In this document: one piece after another, positions 24,842-26,722 of the stretch | How the letters are laid out: the number at the start of each line of letters is the position of its first letter | Position numbering within the stretch: position 1 is the first letter of the stretch | IMG/VR virus record: IMGVR_UViG_3300011405_000023 | Span: 1-26,722 of that record | DNA length: 26,722 nucleotides | Strand: one strand, 5' to 3' | Source of the DNA: a virus | Taxonomy: Duplodnaviria > Caudoviricetes | Made by a program: the position numbers and the translations under genes | Notes under the pieces: model-generated | Databases searched by the model: none | Told to the model about the DNA's origin: nothing | The model's input: the letters and a program-made list of their open reading frames with translations, nothing else

Positions 24842-25729
24842 ATGAGCGCAATTGGAGGTAAAAAAAGAGAGTCACAAGGCGAATTTGTAAAGAGAGTAGG
24901 CTTGTTTGCAGCAACAGTGATTGCTGTTAATCCCACAGAACAAGAGTATAAAGATGTTCTTGGTATGGAGCTGAAAGAAGACAGTAAAGCTACAGAGTAT
25001 TTGGGAGAGAGAGAAGGCAACACTATGTTGCGTATTGATTTCTGGCTTGAGAACACTAAGACAGGTCCTGATGGAGCTAAAGACAAACCTTATAAGGTGA
25101 GTTTCTTCTTAGAGGATAAAGAAAGACAGAACAAGGATGAAACCAAAACACAATGGATCAATAGCATTGGTAATTGTGCATGGGCAGCTGATGAAAATGA
25201 TTTGCCTGAATGGTTTACAAAACGTGATTACAGACCAGCTTTCTCAGGAGAGGAAGATTTGTTTGAGTTCATGAGAGCCTGGTTAAACAAACTTGACTAT
25301 CGTGATGCAGAAACTGCTCTATCTTTAGAGTGGAAAAAGCTTATGAAAGGCAATGTGAAAGACATCAGAGATCAAATCAATGGTGAATGGGCAGGTGAAA
25401 TTGGTTGTTTGGCTACTGTTATCGTAAAAGAGGTAGAAGGAGAACCAAAAGAATATCAAGGCGTATATAACAGAGCATTCTTGCCTGTTTATAGTATGAA
25501 ACACTTCAGACTTGTTGATTATGACAATGAGGAAGTGATCAAAGCCTTGGGTACAAAAGATACCAAATCTTTAAAACCTTATGAAAGATTTGTGTTGAAA
25601 GTTACAGGAGAATATGGCTGTAAAGATTTCTATAAGTTGAAAGACATTAGAGATTATGATTCAGCTGAGAATCCAGTGGCAACTAATGCACCAATTGCAC
25701 CACTAACTGATGGTGGAGCAGAATACTAA
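24842..25729 (+). CDS. Conserved replication protein, putative single-stranded DNA-binding protein
   Basis: VIAVNPT..RIDFWL..GEEDL motifs recalled from crAss-like phages; sits between the Sak4-like ATPase and the primase. Confidence 0.55.
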   Translation: MSAIGGKKRESQGEFVKRVGLFAATVIAVNPTEQEYKDVLGMELKEDSKATEYLGEREGNTMLRIDFWLENTKTGPDGAKDKPYKVSFFLEDKERQNKDETKTQWINSIGNCAWAADENDLPEWFTKRDYRPAFSGEEDLFEFMRAWLNKLDYRDAETALSLEWKKLMKGNVKDIRDQINGEWAGEIGCLATVIVKEVEGEPKEYQGVYNRAFLPVYSMKHFRLVDYDNEEVIKALGTKDTKSLKPYERFVLKVTGEYGCKDFYKLKDIRDYDSAENPVATNAPIAPLTDGGAEY

Positions 25730-25736
25730 TTAATGG

Positions 25737-25766
25737 GAAGCCCCCATTAATAGTGGGGGCTTTTTT
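25737..25766 (+). terminator. Intrinsic terminator
   Basis: GAAGCCCCCATT-AAT-AGTGGGGGCTTT followed by a T-tract. Confidence 0.8.
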
Positions 25767-25777
25767 ATTTTTCTACA

Positions 25778-26722
25778 ATGATAGGAGGAACTAAAAAAAT
25801 AGAACTCACTCCTGACACAATCTTCCAAAGAGTCACCCAGTATGATATATTTAGGTTTTATATGCCTAATAAAGATTGGAAAATCAACCACGTTACACAC
25901 TCACCATTCAGAAAGGACGAACATCCTTCATTTATGATTGGAAACAGAGGAGGAAATCTAACATTTATTGACTTCGCAAACACGAATTATAAAGGAGATT
26001 GTTTCACCTTTATAAAAATGCTCTATGGTATAGGGTCTATGAATGAGGTGTTATCCCTTATTGACAGGGATTTTGGATTGGGTTTATCAGGAATGTCAAC
26101 AAACACAGCTGTTTACAAAGCAATTAAAGCTGAGTACAAACAGCCAGAAGAACTTGGAAAGAGATATGCAAATGTCCAAGTAGTACCAAGAAAATTTACA
26201 CATGAAGAGCTAGCATATTGGAACGAGTATCATCAGGACATCAGCGACTTGAGAGAGAATAATATCTTTTCTATTCAACAGGTATATCTTAACAAGCAAC
26301 TGTTTACACTGAAAGACACTGAGCTCAGGTTTGGTTATTACTATGATGGATTTTGGAAAATCTATAGACCACATGCTGATAAAAAAGTTAAATGGGTTCC
26401 TAATAATGTCCCTATTACCACTATGGAAGGGTTGGCAAATATAAAGGATTCTGAGTACTCTTTTATCAACAAAAGCAAGAAAGACTACATGGTAGTCAAG
26501 AAATTAATACAATCTACATGTGCTGTTCAGAACGAAGGAATAGCTTGTTTTTCAGAAGAGAACGTTAATCACCTCAAAAATCATTCCAAACGACAAATTT
26601 TGTCATTTGATAGTGATGTGACAGGAGTGGCTAATTCTCAGCAGATTACCAAGATATTTGGTTTTGACTATATCAATGTCCCTAGAGAATATCTGAAGGA
26701 TGAGATAAAAGACTGGGCAGAA
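25778..26722 (+). CDS. dnaG: DnaG-like primase, crAss type (3' end outside the window; absent from the ORF track)
   Basis: Translated by hand: HSPFRKDEHPSF..FIDF..GDCFTF N-terminal domain, WKIYRP, and TOPRIM INKSKKD..QNE..SFDSDVTG..KDWAE. Confidence 0.85.
   Translation, partial: MIGGTKKIELTPDTIFQRVTQYDIFRFYMPNKDWKINHVTHSPFRKDEHPSFMIGNRGGNLTFIDFANTNYKGDCFTFIKMLYGIGSMNEVLSLIDRDFGLGLSGMSTNTAVYKAIKAEYKQPEELGKRYANVQVVPRKFTHEELAYWNEYHQDISDLRENNIFSIQQVYLNKQLFTLKDTELRFGYYYDGFWKIYRPHADKKVKWVPNNVPITTMEGLANIKDSEYSFINKSKKDYMVVKKLIQSTCAVQNEGIACFSEENVNHLKNHSKRQILSFDSDVTGVANSQQITKIFGFDYINVPREYLKDEIKDWAE

Noticed and set aside
1-26722. Stop-codon reassignment as seen in some crAss-like phages
   Set aside because: Long conserved genes are uninterrupted under code 11, TAG and TGA end genes at plausible C-termini, and no suppressor tRNA is present in this window.

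Overview
A 26.7 kb, AT-rich, gene-dense window with every credible gene on the + strand. It reads as part of a large dsDNA phage of a Bacteroidota host (crAss-like or Flavobacterium/Cellulophaga-phage-like). Evidence: AT-rich translation starts without Shine-Dalgarno motifs, Bacteroidota-style signal peptides, a T9SS C-terminal domain and a crAss-type replication gene set. The right half (about 14.9-26.7 kb) is a replication module: 2OG-Fe(II)-like oxygenase, family A DNA polymerase, initiator-like wHTH protein, two tandem metallophosphoesterases, an AEP-fold protein, DnaB, an SF2 helicase, an AAA_24/Sak4-like ATPase, a putative SSB and a primase cut by the window end. The left half is an accessory/host-interaction region with a vWA protein, a classical AAA+ ATPase, a Tad2 (DUF2829) anti-Thoeris sponge and an SPFH/Band-7 protein. 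Two things stand out. (1) A phage-borne cassette encodes an 870-aa Cys-rich type IX secretion cargo plus an outer-membrane beta-barrel, preceded by a structured leader. (2) Three intergenic tRNA-like RNAs (5352-5436, 6247-6366, 12787-12829) keep an acceptor stem, a TTCGA T-arm and a C-N-A tail but have lost or replaced the anticodon arm; one keeps the tRNA-Ala G3.U70/A73 identity set and one starts on the stop codon of the SPFH gene. All calls come from reading motifs and base-pairing by eye; no searches were run.
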